A DNA stretch of 64,000 nucleotides from Octopus vulgaris (taxonomy: Eukaryota): NCBI GenBank assembly GCA_951406725.2, contig OX597820.1, positions 34,224,001 to 34,288,000 of the forward strand, in the 5' to 3' direction. The position numbers and the translations under genes were made by a program. Shown in pieces: positions 50,260 to 63,289 of this stretch; position 1 is the stretch's first letter, and each line of letters opens with the position of its first letter. Under the pieces are notes generated by a model. The model did not search any database, was not told the DNA's origin, and saw only the letters and a program-made list of their open reading frames with translations.

Positions 50260-52516
50260 CTGTGTGCCCACAAGGATGTATGTATGTCTTTGCATACAAG
50301 TACTTGTATGCAATGCTTGTGTGTAAGTGAACTGATTTTTGTTCTCTATGTATGTATAAAGTAAATATACAAATGGACCTCAGTCAGTATCTACAATGAA
50401 TATTTCAATTACTCAATCAACCGATTGTTGATTATATGATAATACTGATGGCTGAGTACTCCTTAGATGCTTGTGCCCTTAACATAATCTCAGGCAGAGT
50501 CAGATTAACATTGCATACATCAATGAAAGCCCTTTGAATTACAGTCCTTCTGGTGTTATAGTAAAAGCTGGATGAGTATTTCACAGACATTTGTGCCCCT
50601 AATCCTCTAGCATTGAGATTACTCTGTCAAATATAAAGCTTCTTTATTCACAGTGCTTTGAATTAATCATGCATTATCTCATAGCTTTGAGATTTCCATG
50701 ATGTGATTGTTTACTTTTAGAATGACATTGCAGGGTAGGTGTGAGAGGCTGGATCTGGCTAGTTTGAACATAAGGCAGCTAGAATATGTTCATTTATAGC
50801 TGGTTTAAATGCTAAAGATTTAATGTAATCTCCTAGAATAAATGTATGATAAGACCAACCAGTTGTATTACTGGTACAGTTCATTTGGCAGGCCTCCACA
50901 GTTTTCGTCTCCCCAGTTTTACTCATAAGACTTATGTTGACACTAAATTGTACCTTGAAGGTGTGTCCTGACATGCCTCTACCACCATCTCTCTCTCTCT
51001 CTCTCTCTTTCTCACTCTGTCTACCTTTCTCTCCAACTCTTTCTTTTCTAACTGAGGTAGCTAAATATTTCCTCTGTAGAAAGACACCTGTTCCTATCCC
51101 TGTTATACATTAACCTCTCAGTTGGCACAAAGCCACATCCCTTAATATTACTCCTCTACCTAATTGAGGGGTTTTAGCCTTGCAAGTTACTTGGTGACTC
51201 CAATGGTGCTGGTCTCACCTAAAAAGCACTTCAGTACATTCTCTGAAGTGGTTGGCATTAGAAACAGCATCCAACCGTAAAAACCCCGTCAAGCAGACAA
51301 GGGAGCCTGGTGCAGTTCTGTGACTTGCCAGGTCCTACCAAACCATCCAATCTGTGCCAGCATGGGAAATGGACATTAAATGATGATGATGATGGTGATG
51401 ATGATGATGATGATAAAAGACTTATGAGACACAGATGTGGCTGCATGGTTAAGAAGTTAGCTTGCCAACCACATGATTTTCAGTTCAGTCCCACTGCACG
51501 GGACTTTGAACAACTATAGTCTTAGACCAGCCCAAACCTTGAGAATGGATTTGGTAGATGAAAACTGAAAGAAGCCTGTAATATACCATCATCATCATCA
51601 TCATCATCATCGTAATGTCTACTTTTCCATGCTTGCCTGGATTGGATGGAGTTTTATTTGATGCAGAATTTCTACTGCCAGATTCCCTTCCTGTTGTCCA
51701 CCTTCGCCTGTTTTCAAGCAAGGTAATACTTCCAAGTAGCCAAACATGTTTTTACAGAATATTGGAAATGAGTGACACTGCTTGTATGACAGTGACACTC
51801 ATTTACAACTATCACGCTATGTCAAGACAAGGAGACACACACACGCATGTATACAAGCATTCTCATGCACATGTGCACACACACACACACACATATATAT
51901 CATCATCATCGTTTAACATCCGTTTTCCATGCTAGCATGGGTTGGACGGTTCAACTGGGGTCTGGGAAGCCAGTAGGCTGCACCAGGCCCAGTCTGAACT
52001 GGCAGTGTTTCTGGATGCCCTTCCTAACGCCAACCACTCCATGAGTGTTGTGGGTGCTTTTTACATGCCATCTGCACAGGTGCCAGACGAGGCTGGCAAA
52101 CGGCCACGATCGGATGGTGCTTTTTACGTGCCACTGGCACGGGGGCCAGACGAGGCTGGCAACAGCCACAATCGGATGGTGCTTTTTACGTGCCACCGGC
52201 ACGGAGGCCTGTTGGGGCAATGCTGGCAACGACCACGTTCGGATGGTTCTCTTATGTGCCACCGGCACTGGTATCACAGCTACAATTTCCATTGATGTTG
52301 ATCGATTTTGATTTTGATTTTCACTTGCCTCAACAGGTCTTCACAAGTAGGGTTTGTGTCACAAGAAGGAAAGGTATGCATAAGTGGGCTGGCTACGTCC
52401 CAAGTAGAGGCCACGGGTTAAGGTCTCACTTGTCCTGCTGGGTCTTCCCACGCACAGCATACTTCCAAAGGTCTCGGTCTCTGGTCATTTCCTCGGTGAG
52501 ACATAAAGTTCGAAAT

Positions 52517-53439
52517 GTATATATATATATACTTTATTTAAAGCAGCAGAGAATTCAACAAAACCTGTTACTCTGAGTTTCACGTTCTCGTTTGTCGGAC
52601 AGTTTTTGCTAGAATAGAATAGAACCGATATTTCAATTCTATCAAGACTAGTATAAACACTACACCTTTAAAAATGGACTTGCTTGATTGGTCCTTTACA
52701 AATAACGGTCAATTTTCGAGCGATAAACAAAAATGAGTTCAAATATATATATAAAATTATAAAATTCGAGGAAAAAAACCTTACATCGATTCTTTGGTTA
52801 AAATGCATATTGTCATTAATAAAGGAAATATAATTAATACATGGAAATTGAAATTAAAATGTTAAAATGTTAAAATGCATTAAAATATTACACAACAGTA
52901 CATACTCATACTAAACTATACATATATACATCAACATACACAGATAGATGCGCGCAGACCACATACATATACAGACATATAAATACAAAGCTAAAATATA
53001 CACACAAATGCATGTACACATATGTATACGCAATCTAGCTCGCATGCAAAATCACTGTATCCATATAGACTATAATCTAAATTCATGGATGGGGAAGGGG
53101 CGTTCTTATTTACAACGTAAAGCCAAAGACATGAGTAAGGGAGGGAGGGGGGGAGTAAAGTTACAGGGCTCTATACAAGTAACGAATAGGGAGAGAAAAA
53201 AAAAATGGACCAATCAAACAAGTCCATTTTTAAAGGTTTAGCGTTTATACTAGTCTTGATAGAATTGACATATTGGTTCTATTCTATTCTAGCAAAAACT
53301 GTCCGACGAACGGGAACGTGAAACTCAGAGTAACAGGTTTTGTTGAATTTTCTGCTGCTTTAAATAAAGCATATTACTCTACCACTGGTATTTGAGTACT
53401 CTTTTTTCCACCTTGTTTCAAATTTATGTGTTTACTCCG

Positions 53440-53441
<2 letters not shown>
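52517..53441. mobile_element. Penelope-like non-autonomous insertion with inverted hammerhead-bearing ends
   Basis: Arms 52532-52694 and 53207-53369 are reverse complements and each contains a hammerhead motif. Flanked by (TA)n on both sides. Confidence 0.6.
53299..53336 (+). ncRNA. Minimal type I hammerhead motif, U4C core variant (mutated antisense copy at 52565-52602)
   Basis: CTGT-CCGACGA-ACG GGAA CGT-GAAACT CAG AGT A-ACAG: all three stems pair, GNRA loop on stem II, GUA triplet. Confidence 0.65.
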
Positions 53442-53482
<41 letters not shown>

Positions 53483-54779
53483 GCTTCTTTCAGTTTCCAG
53501 TTACTAAATTTACTCTGAAGGCTTTAGTCAACCATAGGTTAAAGTAGAACACATTCATGCAGTGGGATTGATCCCCAAACCATGAAGTTGGGAAACAAAC
53601 TACTTATCCACACTGCTGTATCTGCACCTATGTTGATGATATTGATGATGATGACAACATAGTTTCTCTCATGTAAAAGTTAATTTTCATTTCACCTCAG
53701 TAAATTTAACTCTGTTTAATTGAGAAACAACAACCAAAAAAACGCCCCTTTAAAAAGTACTTATTAGTATCTAATTTACATGAGGTAAACTGACCAGAGG
53801 CTATTGAGATTCCTCTTCCAACAAATGTGTAGTCAGATGTACACAAATTTGCACACAATACCTTGAAGTGAACACACAAAGAATCTCTCTCTCTCTCTCT
53901 TTCTCTCTCTTTCTCTATCTCTCTCTCTCACACACACACACATGTGCATGCATGCACGAACATAACAATTCTAATAAATTCAAACACCCACATGAAGATG
54001 TATAAACATGGTGATGATAATGATGATGATGGTGGTGATAGTGGAAACAACAGTGATGTTGGTAAAGATGCATTATCAATGTCATCTTCGTGGTCATCAT
54101 CGTCATCATCAACTTCAACATCATTACTACTTTATGTCTGCTTTCCATGTTTGCATGGGTCAGATGGCACATTGCTGCACATCTGATTGCGTTGAAGAAG
54201 GTCTTGCTCACAAGTTGTATTCTTACCATGGATATTTATGACTGAATGTCCTTCCTGATACCCATCACTTTACAGTAAACTGTGTGCATTGTTTTCTCAT
54301 GGCACAAGCACTAGGGAGGTTGTCATGTCTTCGATAAGATTAAAGAGGATTTCTTGACCCTATATTTAACAGGATAGGTTGGGTGCATTTTACCACTAGA
54401 AGAAGATAAATGGTAAGGATATATAATGAGTGTCAATGCCAAATGGCTTGGGAGGGAGCATAATAGACAGAATGTGTTGGATATATGTGTATCTGGTGAA
54501 GACTGTTAAGAAAATGTCTCCAGATGGGTTAGATAGCAAGGATGATGATGAAGAGTTGGAAGTGTGAAGTGAAACCTGTAACTGCTGGTTATCAGTCATA
54601 ATGCTCCCACTGTCTACAATGATCTGTTGTGGAGAATAATTCTGTAATATTTTGGGTACGGCCCTTTAATTTTTAATAAAGTTTTCTGTTTGTTAGGTGG
54701 CTGTTTTGGGCAGGTTATTGAAAGGGTTAGATTGCTTGAGGTCAGAGATGAGTGGGAGTTAATGAGATGTGAAATTAGT

Positions 54780-55320
54780 GTGTTTTGAGGTAAGTGTAGG
54801 TTAGTGAGGTATAAGGTGAGTTAGTTGAATAAAAGTTAGTGAGATATGAGGTGAGTGGAGTTTAGGTAAATATGAGGTGTGTGGAGGTCAGTGAAATATA
54901 AGGTGAATGGAGGTTAGTGAAATGTGTGGTGAGTGGAGGTTAGTGAAGTAGGAAGTGAGTGGAGGTTAGTGAAGTAGGAAGTGAGTGGAGGTTAGTGAAG
55001 TAGGAAGTGAATGGAGATTAGTGAAGTAGGAAATGAGTAGAGGTTACTGAAGTAGGAAGTGAAGTATGAAGTGAGTGGAGGGTAGTGAAGTATGAAGTGG
55101 AGGTTTGTGAAGTATGAAGTGAGTGGAAGTTAGTGAAGTATGAGGTGAGTGGAGGTTAGTGAATTATGAGGTGAGTGGATGTTAGTGAATTATGAGATGA
55201 GTGGAGGTTAGTGAAGTTTGAGGTGAGTGGAGGTGAGTGGAAGTTGGTGAAATATGGAGTGGAGGTTAGGACAATATGAGGTGAGTGAAGATGCATTCGT
55301 AGGAGATTAATGGAGGTGAC
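54780..55320. repeat. ~25-bp minisatellite GTGAGTGGAGGTTAGTGAAGTAKGA
   Basis: Visible tandem units. Confidence 0.85.
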
Positions 55321-55703
55321 TTACATTAGGTAAGTGGATATTAGTGATGTATTAGGTGGGTGTGGGGATGGTTGTGTGAGATGATGTAGTTGGACTGTGT
55401 TTGGGTGAGTGGAGGCTTGTGAGTGAGGAAGTGAGTGAGAGATGTTTGAAGTTAGAAATGACTTGAGTGGCACTGAGTTTAGTTTGGAGGTGAAAATGAG
55501 GTGCACTCACCTCTGTGTTCTCTAATTATCTACCTGTCTATTTACCTCCTGTTATGTGTGTATGGATATATGTATCTGCTAGTCTGAGGATGCATGCATA
55601 CATACAAACATACATAGATACATACAGCTCTATGGATGTGTGTGTGTGTGTGTATGTATTCATACATATATGTATACATAACTATGTATGTATACATAGC
55701 TAC

Positions 55704-55741
<38 letters not shown>

Positions 55742-55775
55742 ATTATATACATATATATGTGTATGTACACAATTG

Positions 55776-55834
<59 letters not shown>

Positions 55835-55842
55835 ATACATAG

Positions 55843-55880
<38 letters not shown>

Positions 55881-56669
55881 TGATACACACATGTATACCA
55901 GATATGTGTATTTATGTGTTTCTATATGTCTGTCTCCATTGATTTCTTTCTCTCCTTACATCTACTCTATTCTCTCTCTCTCTCTCCAACCTTTATCTTC
56001 CTCCCTCTTCTCCCTCCTCTTCTTCCTCTCCCTCTCTTTCCCACTTCTCCCCACTTTCATATATCCGATATTGGGCAGTCTTCCCTCTTCCAGGATGTTT
56101 CATTTTCAGTTGTTGTCATGGCAACACAGATAGCCATAGCCTTGATGAAGGAAAGATCGAAAGAGTGATCAAATGAATGAGCAAAAGAACAAAAATGGTT
56201 TGAGGGTGGGTGTGTTGGAAAAGAATGAGAGAGAGGAATGAATGAAAACCAGAATGAAATGAATGAATGAAAGTAAGAAGAATGGAGAGAGAGAATAGAG
56301 GATTGAAAATATACAGAGAACAATAAATGAAATAGAGGTAAAAAATGAAAGAATGGTAAAAAAAAGAAAAACTGAAAAATGAAATAATGAAAGAATTGGG
56401 GAATGAAACAATGAAGGAAGATTTGGGGATTTAAATAAGGAAGGAGGAAGAATTGAGGATTGAAAGGATGAAGGAAGAATACTTGAGGAATGGAAAAATG
56501 AAGGAAGATGGATTGAGGAATGGAAGATTGAAAGAGGAAGAATTGTGGAATGAAATAATGGATAAGAATTTAAGAATAAAAGGATAAAATTGAGGAATGA
56601 AAGAATGAAGGAGGATGTATTGATGAATAGAAAAATGAGAGCAAATATTAAGGTGGGAAAGAATAGAGA

Positions 56670-57400
56670 GGGAAGAATTGAGGAATCAAAGAATGAATGA
56701 GTGAGAATTGAGGGCTGAAAGAATGAGAAAGAATTGAGGAATGAAAGAGTGAATGAGCAAGACTTGAGGAATCAAAGAGTGAATGAGCAAGACTTAAGGA
56801 ATGAAAGAGTGAATGAGCAAGAATTGAGGAATGAAAGAATGATTGAGCAAGAATTGAGGAATGAAAGAATGAATGAGCAAAATTGAGGAATGAAAGAATG
56901 AATGAGCAAAATTGAGGAATGAAAGAATGAATGAGCAAGAATTGAGGAATGAAAGAATGAATGAGCATGAATTGAGGAATGAAAGAATGAATGAGCAAGA
57001 ATTGAGGAATGAAAGAATGAATGAGCAAAATTGAGGAAAGAAAGAATGAATGAGCAAAATTGAGGAATGAAAGAATGATTGAGCAAGAATTGAGGAATGA
57101 AAGAATGATTGAGCAAGAATTGAGGAATGAAAGAATGAATGAGCAAAATTGAGGAATGAAAGAATGAATGAGCAAGAATTGAGGAATGAAAGAATGAATG
57201 AGCAAGAATTGAGGAATGAAAGAATGATTGAGCAAGAATTGAGGAATGAAAGAATGAATGAGCAAAATTGAGGAAAGAAAGAATGAATGAGCAAAATTGA
57301 GGAATGAAAGAATGATTGAGCAAGAATTGAGGAATGAAAGAATGAATGAGCAAAATTGAGGAATGAAAGAATGAATGAACAAAATTGAGGAATGAATGAA
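56670..57400. repeat. 29-30-bp purine-rich minisatellite GAATTGAGGAATGAAAGAATGAATGAGCAA
   Basis: About 23 highly similar tandem units, degenerating into purine-rich sequence back to about 56150. Confidence 0.95.
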
Positions 57401-57904
57401 AAAAAGAAATAGGAATGGTAAGAATTGTGGAAAGGAAATAAATGTAGAATGATTTTTAGCTCTAGTCACAGAATGATGAGAAGAGAAATTTGATTTTGAT
57501 GGGATTTGAGCTCAGAACATCTGTGTCTGTCACCCCTCCCAGTATCTGATGTTGAAGAGGAGATAAGTACTCCAAAATGCATGCATCCATCAGTCTGGCT
57601 AAGGAGAACTTTGAACTGACTTATTGTGTTTACACCTATTTGTCTACAGCAAGAAAATTTATTTCCATGACAAAATTAAATGACTTTCCTACAGGAAAGT
57701 CTTAAGTAATTTTTGAACTGGTAATAAATTTATGTAATAACACTTGTTTCTAACAAGCACAAGGCCTGTAATTTGTAGGGACTAACTAATTACTAAAGAG
57801 CCCAGTAATTGTCTGGTACTTTATTTACAGGACGAGGAGTAAAATTGTACTCTGACTTAAAGAATCAGAGTAAATACCGCAAAGTGTAATACTTGAAGCT
57901 TGCA

Positions 57905-58852
57905 CTATTCTACTCATCCACTGCTCTAAATATTGTCACTACTAGTACTTATGAGTCTTAACATAGCAGGTGTGGCTGGGTGGTAGGAAGCTTGCTCCCA
58001 ACCTCATGGTTCTGGGTTCAGTCTACTGTGAGGCACATGAGCAAGTGTCTTCTTCTATAGCCTTGGCTAACCAAGGCCTTATGAGTGGATTTTGCAGACA
58101 GAAACTGAAAGAAGCTTGGCATGTATATATATATATATATATCAGTGGTTTTCAACCAGGGTTCTGAGGAACCTTAGGGTTCTGCGGAACCTTAGGGTTC
58201 TGCGGAACCTTAGGGTTCTGCGGAACCTTAGGGTTCTGCCAGTACAGTCCAGGGGTTCTGCAAGAAGTTACAAACCTGCTAAAATCGGCAGTAATTTTTA
58301 ATTCTCCCGTGCAGATATGTGTGCATAAGACTATTAAATTATTGCACAGGGGTTCCTCGAGCCAGTGGAATGTTTCCTTGGGGTTCCGCTCCAGCAAAAA
58401 TGTTGAAAAGCACTGCTATATATATATGTATATGTTTGTGTGTATGTGTTTGTCCCTTACTTGACAACTAGTGTTGGTGTGTTTACGTATCCATAACTTA
58501 GCAGTTTGGTAAGTGAGACTGATAGAATAAGTACTTGGCTTAGCAAAAGAATAAATACTGAATTTAGTGCCCCAGCATGGTTGCAGTCTAATGACTGAAA
58601 CAAGTAAAAGATAAATAGATACAAGGCCTGAAGTTTCAGGCAAAAGGACATGTTGATAAATGAACCTTTGTATTTGGTCGGTACTATTCTACCCATCCAC
58701 TGCTCTAAATATTGTCACTACTACTACTTATGAGTTTTAAAAGCAGGTGTGGCTGGGTGTTAGGAAGCTTGCAGCCAACCTCATGGTTCTGGGTTCAATC
58801 TGCTGTGAGGCTCATGAGCAAGTGTCTTCTTCTATAGCCTTGGCTAACCAAA
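57905..58852. repeat. ~170-bp direct duplication (about 57905-58075 and 58684-58851)
   Basis: CTATTCTACYCATCCACTGCTCTAAATATTGTCACTACT...GCCTTGGCTAACCAA occurs twice. Confidence 0.8.
58143..58415. mobile_element. hAT-type MITE with an 18-bp internal tandem repeat
   Basis: CAGTGGTTTTCAAC...GTTGAAAAGCACTG termini; (AGGGTTCTGCGGAACCTT)x4; inserted in (TA)n. Confidence 0.8.
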
Positions 58853-59553
58853 AGTGGACAAAAATGCCACTAAGTATCTTGTCTAGTTTGCTAACAATTC
58901 TGCCAGCTTACTGCCTTAATAATAATAATAATAATAATAATAACAACAACAACAACAACAACAACAACAATCACCATCATCATCATCATCATTTAACGTC
59001 CATTGTTCATGCTGGCATGGATTGGTACGCTGGAAGGCTGCACCAGGCTCCAGTCTGATTTGGCATGGTTTTCTATGGCTGGATGCCCTTCTTAATGCCA
59101 ACCACTCTGAGTGTGTAATGGGTGCTTTTACATGCTATTTGTGTGACACCACTATCTGCCACAACTGCAATTTTGCTCGGCTTGATGGGTCTTCTTCTCA
59201 AGCACAATGAAGACCCAATGATGATAATAAAGATAATAATAATAATAATGCTTTCTACTATAGACACAAGGACTGGGGAATAATCAGTTACAATGCTCAA
59301 CTGGTAAGCTTTTTGTCTGGTGTGCTAATCGTTCTGTCAGCCCACTGCTTTATTAGTAGTAGTAGTAGTAGTAGTAGTCCTTTCCAGGAACAAGGCCTGG
59401 AATTTGTGGGATGGAAACTAGTTGATAACATTGATCCTAGTATTTGACTGGTACTTATTTCATTGACCCCGAAAGGATGAAAGGCAAGGTTGACCTTGGC
59501 AGAATTTGAATAATGTGCCATCAACACATAGAAAGACTGTCATGCCCTTAGAC

Positions 59554-59868
59554 CAGTAGTTCTCAACCATTTTTTGCCTTTAGACTCCTTTGATTCCTCT
59601 TTTGTTCAAGTAGACCCTCGTAGCCATTCAATGCTTAAAAAGGAATTGTATACTCTTTTTTACTCTTTTACTTGTTTCAGTCATTTGACCGTGGCCATGC
59701 TGGAGCACCGCCTTTTAGTCGAGCAAATCGACCCCAGGACTTATTCTTTGTAAACCTAGTACTTATTCTATCGGTCTCTTTTACCGAACCGCTAAGTTAC
59801 GGGGATGTAAACACACCAGCATCAGTTGTCAAGCGATGTTGGGGGGACAAGCACAGACACACAAACAT

Positions 59869-59899
<31 letters not shown>

Positions 59900-60085
59900 C
59901 ATATATAACATGGGCTTCTTTCAGTTTCTGCCTACCAAATCCACTCACAAGGCTAAAAAAATTATTAAAATATTTTAAGTATTGTAGAATCGTAACCAAT
60001 TTATTGCACGTAAATTTTAACACCAAAATCTTATATGTGACCCCCCCCCCCCAAGGGTCAAATGGACTCCATTTGAGAACCCCCT
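59554..60085. mobile_element. hAT-type MITE with a perfect 8-bp TSD and a nested SINE
   Basis: CCTTAGAC|CAGTAGTTCTCAA...TTGAGAACCCCTG|CCTTAGAC. Confidence 0.88.
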
Positions 60086-61781
60086 GCCTTAGACAGACTA
60101 AAGAGTTTTCTTGACTCAGCATTGTCTTTGCTTGTTCACTGACCAATTTACAGAGTGGACTGAGTGTATTTTATCATAGCACCATAACTTACAGAAGCTG
60201 TCATATCTTCAGCCAGATGAAAGAGGCCTCTAAACCATATGATGTTGGCAGGCTGTAGCTGTGTGGTTAAGATGTTTGTTTCCCAACCACCAAGTTTTGA
60301 GTTCATCCTACTACATGTCAACATGGATAAGTGTCGTTTACTGGGTTGATGAAAGCCTTGTGAGTGGATTTGAAAGAAGGCCCATCATCATCATTATCAT
60401 CATCATTTAACATCTGTTTTCTATGCTGGCATGGGCTGGATGGTTTGGTTAGGGCAGGCAATTTGGGGAGATGCACCAGGTTCCAGTTGTGTGGTTTTTG
60501 GCTTGGTTTCTAATGCTAACCACTTTACAGAGTGTACTTGGTACTTTTTATGTGGCACCAGCACACGTGCTTTTTACATATCACTGGCACAGGTGCCTTT
60601 TATGTGGCATCAGCACTGATGTGTTTGTATGTACCTATTGTTTAGATATAACATGATGGTTGTAAATAAACATCATCATCATCATCATACAAGAAGGCAT
60701 TTTTGTTTTTAGTCTTTCATGAAAAAATTGTACAGATACAGGAAAATATTACCTTGTCTGGAAACAGGTGTGGGTTGGTGACTGGAAGAGCATTAAGCTG
60801 TAGAATATCCCCCACACTAAATTCTATGTAACCCATGTGTGCATGTAGTTATGTGTGTGTATGTGTAAATACATATGATTATGTATGCATCTTTCTGCAT
60901 GTATTTGTGTGAGTGTGTGTATATATGTAGTTATGTGATGAATGGATGTGTATGTATGTATATGTGTGTGTGTATGTGTGTATTGTGTGTATTTGTCAGT
61001 AACTGAACAGTATAGTGGTGGTAAGGGGGTGATTTTGTTTAGCCCCAGGCCCCTTATCAGCCAACAGACCTGTGATGAAAAGCATTTCAGCTGTGACCAT
61101 TCTGTCTTTGCTTCTGACATTGTTTATCTAGAACTACATTATCCAATGTGTCTTTCTTTGTTTAAAACTCTAAGGAGATTTTGTAGCTATATCTGAGATC
61201 CCCTTTGGTCATGAATGACCATGGGATTGCACCTACAAAGTTACCCTCCAAGACACAAGTCCAGGCAAGGTTGTTTAGGGAAGACCAGCAGTCACCCATG
61301 CATACCAACATCCCCTCTCCACACCACCGATGTTATCCAAAGGAAAGGCAAAGGCTGATACAGCTTGGCACCAGTGGCGTCGCAACTCATTTCTACAGCT
61401 GAGTGAACTGGAAGAACATGAAATAAAGTGTCTTGCTCAAGAGCACAACATGCAACCTGGTCCAGGAATCAAACTCACAACCTCGTGATGTTAAGCTTGT
61501 TGCTCTAACCACAGGTCAACATTGAATTAGCAGACATCTGACTGAAGGCGTTCTAGCCATGACCTTCCCATCATTTTGTATATCTAATACAGTTTTCTGA
61601 TATAATGTGTGCTTCCTAATTTGGAACAAAAGGACATGATTTGAGGAAGATTTGGCTGCTATTTCTAGCATGTCAAACCCTGTGTAGAAGTTTCTCATGA
61701 TGGGAATTGTAATAGAAGTGACAAAAGAGCTGGTTGTTCTTCAGCCCTTGGTCAGCTTTGTTTGAGTAAATTTATGATCTA

Positions 61782-62666
61782 CGAGGTGGTATCAAAAAGT
61801 TCCTGTACTAGTTATGGTTAATAAAAGATTACTTATTCATCTAAGTTTTATCATCATCTCCTTCGAAACAGTCACCTTGCACAGCCATACACCCATCCCA
61901 GCGTTCTTGCCACTTTTGGAATCTGGCCTGGATGTCATTTTCTGCAAGCAAGTTGAGGACCATTGTCATCTCGACAATGGTGTTAAAACAGTAACTTTTG
62001 AACTGCATTTTCATCTTGGGGAAGAGACGGTGCTCCACAGGTGCTAAATCTGGCAAATAGGGGTGGGTGTCGAAGTGATACCATGTTGTTTTTGGCGAGT
62101 GCTGAGAGCTCAGTAACAGGGTGCATTGTTGTCGTGAAGAATCCAATTCTTCACACTCCACAGATATGGTCACTTTCACTGAATGTCGTCCCCCAAATGC
62201 TTCAAAGCATCGTTGACTGTCCTCCAACGATCCTCATACACAAGCCGATGAACTTTCTCCCCACTTCCAGGGATGATACTCATCGTCTTCCACATTTGAA
62301 GCATCTGTGCCACTTAAAACATTGCGTACAACCCACTGCCTTGTTGCCATAAGCTTGCCGAAGCATGCTCAATGTTTCTGTAACAGTCTTCTCAAGTTTA
62401 ACGCAAAATTTCACCTTGGATCTTGGTTCCAACTTGCTGCCCATGACAAAAATTGCAGACTGCAGCATACACCGCATCACAAAAACACAAATTTCACAAC
62501 TTGCGAAGTAATCACACTGATGTCATTTGGCACACTGCCTCATGAAGGCCACTGCTAGCTCTCACTGCACATGCAACCACGTACTGCCTTCTGTTGGCAT
62601 GCTACAGAACTAGTCTGAGAACTTTGTAAAGCTCTCTACCACTTTGTAAAGCTTTCTACCACCTTG
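61782..62666 (-). mobile_element. Mariner (irritans/Hsmar2-like), internally deleted and defective
   Basis: TA|CGAGGTGGTATCAAAAAGTTCC TIR. Remnants EPRSKVKFCVKLEKTVTETLSMLRQAYG...FKWHRCFKCGR and HPYLPDLAP...LFPKMKMQFK...FQKWQERWDGCMAVQGDCFEGD. Confidence 0.85.
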
Positions 62667-63289
62667 TAAAGCTCTCTAGCCATGACTATCCAGCCTGCTA
62701 TTCAAGCATAGAGTATCCTGGATGCTGTTATCCAAAATGTTTTTAAAGATGGCCGGGTGTAATTTGAGGGAGATTTCTTGTGGGTTGTGTGACCATGCGT
62801 AAAGTTTTTGTCATTGCCTCACAGCAGCTGTGATGGCAGTGTAGGTGGTGGTGGCAGTGGTAAAGTTTGAGGTCAAGATTGTTGCAGTGATGGTAGTAGT
62901 GGAGGCAGGGATATTTTTGGTGGAAGTAGAGGTGATGGTGTTCAAGTTAGAGATGTTAACAGTGGTGGTAGTGGTGGTGGTCATCAAGGTAGAGATGTGA
63001 TGGTTGTGTTGGTGGCGGTGGTGGTGGTGATTGAGGTATAGATGTTGATGGCGGGAGAAATAATAGTGGTAGTGGTGGTGGTCTTGTCGATGGTTACCTC
63101 AGCATGCTGTGCACAGTTGCATCGCTGTTTCCTTAGCCTGTTTCCCCACCCCACCCCATCCACTCTGTACTTCCTGCCTCTCTCCCCTGCACATTTTGCA
63201 CCCACCTAATCGGTTTCTCTGTTGCAATTGTTGCACTGTCTCCAACAGATGTCTGTGGCACATGAATGCTGCTTTGACAACTCAGCAAC

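Noticed and set aside
56648-57469. 273, 193 and 166-aa hydrophobic ORFs on the - strand
   Set aside because: Products of the 30-bp minisatellite, open in all three frames.
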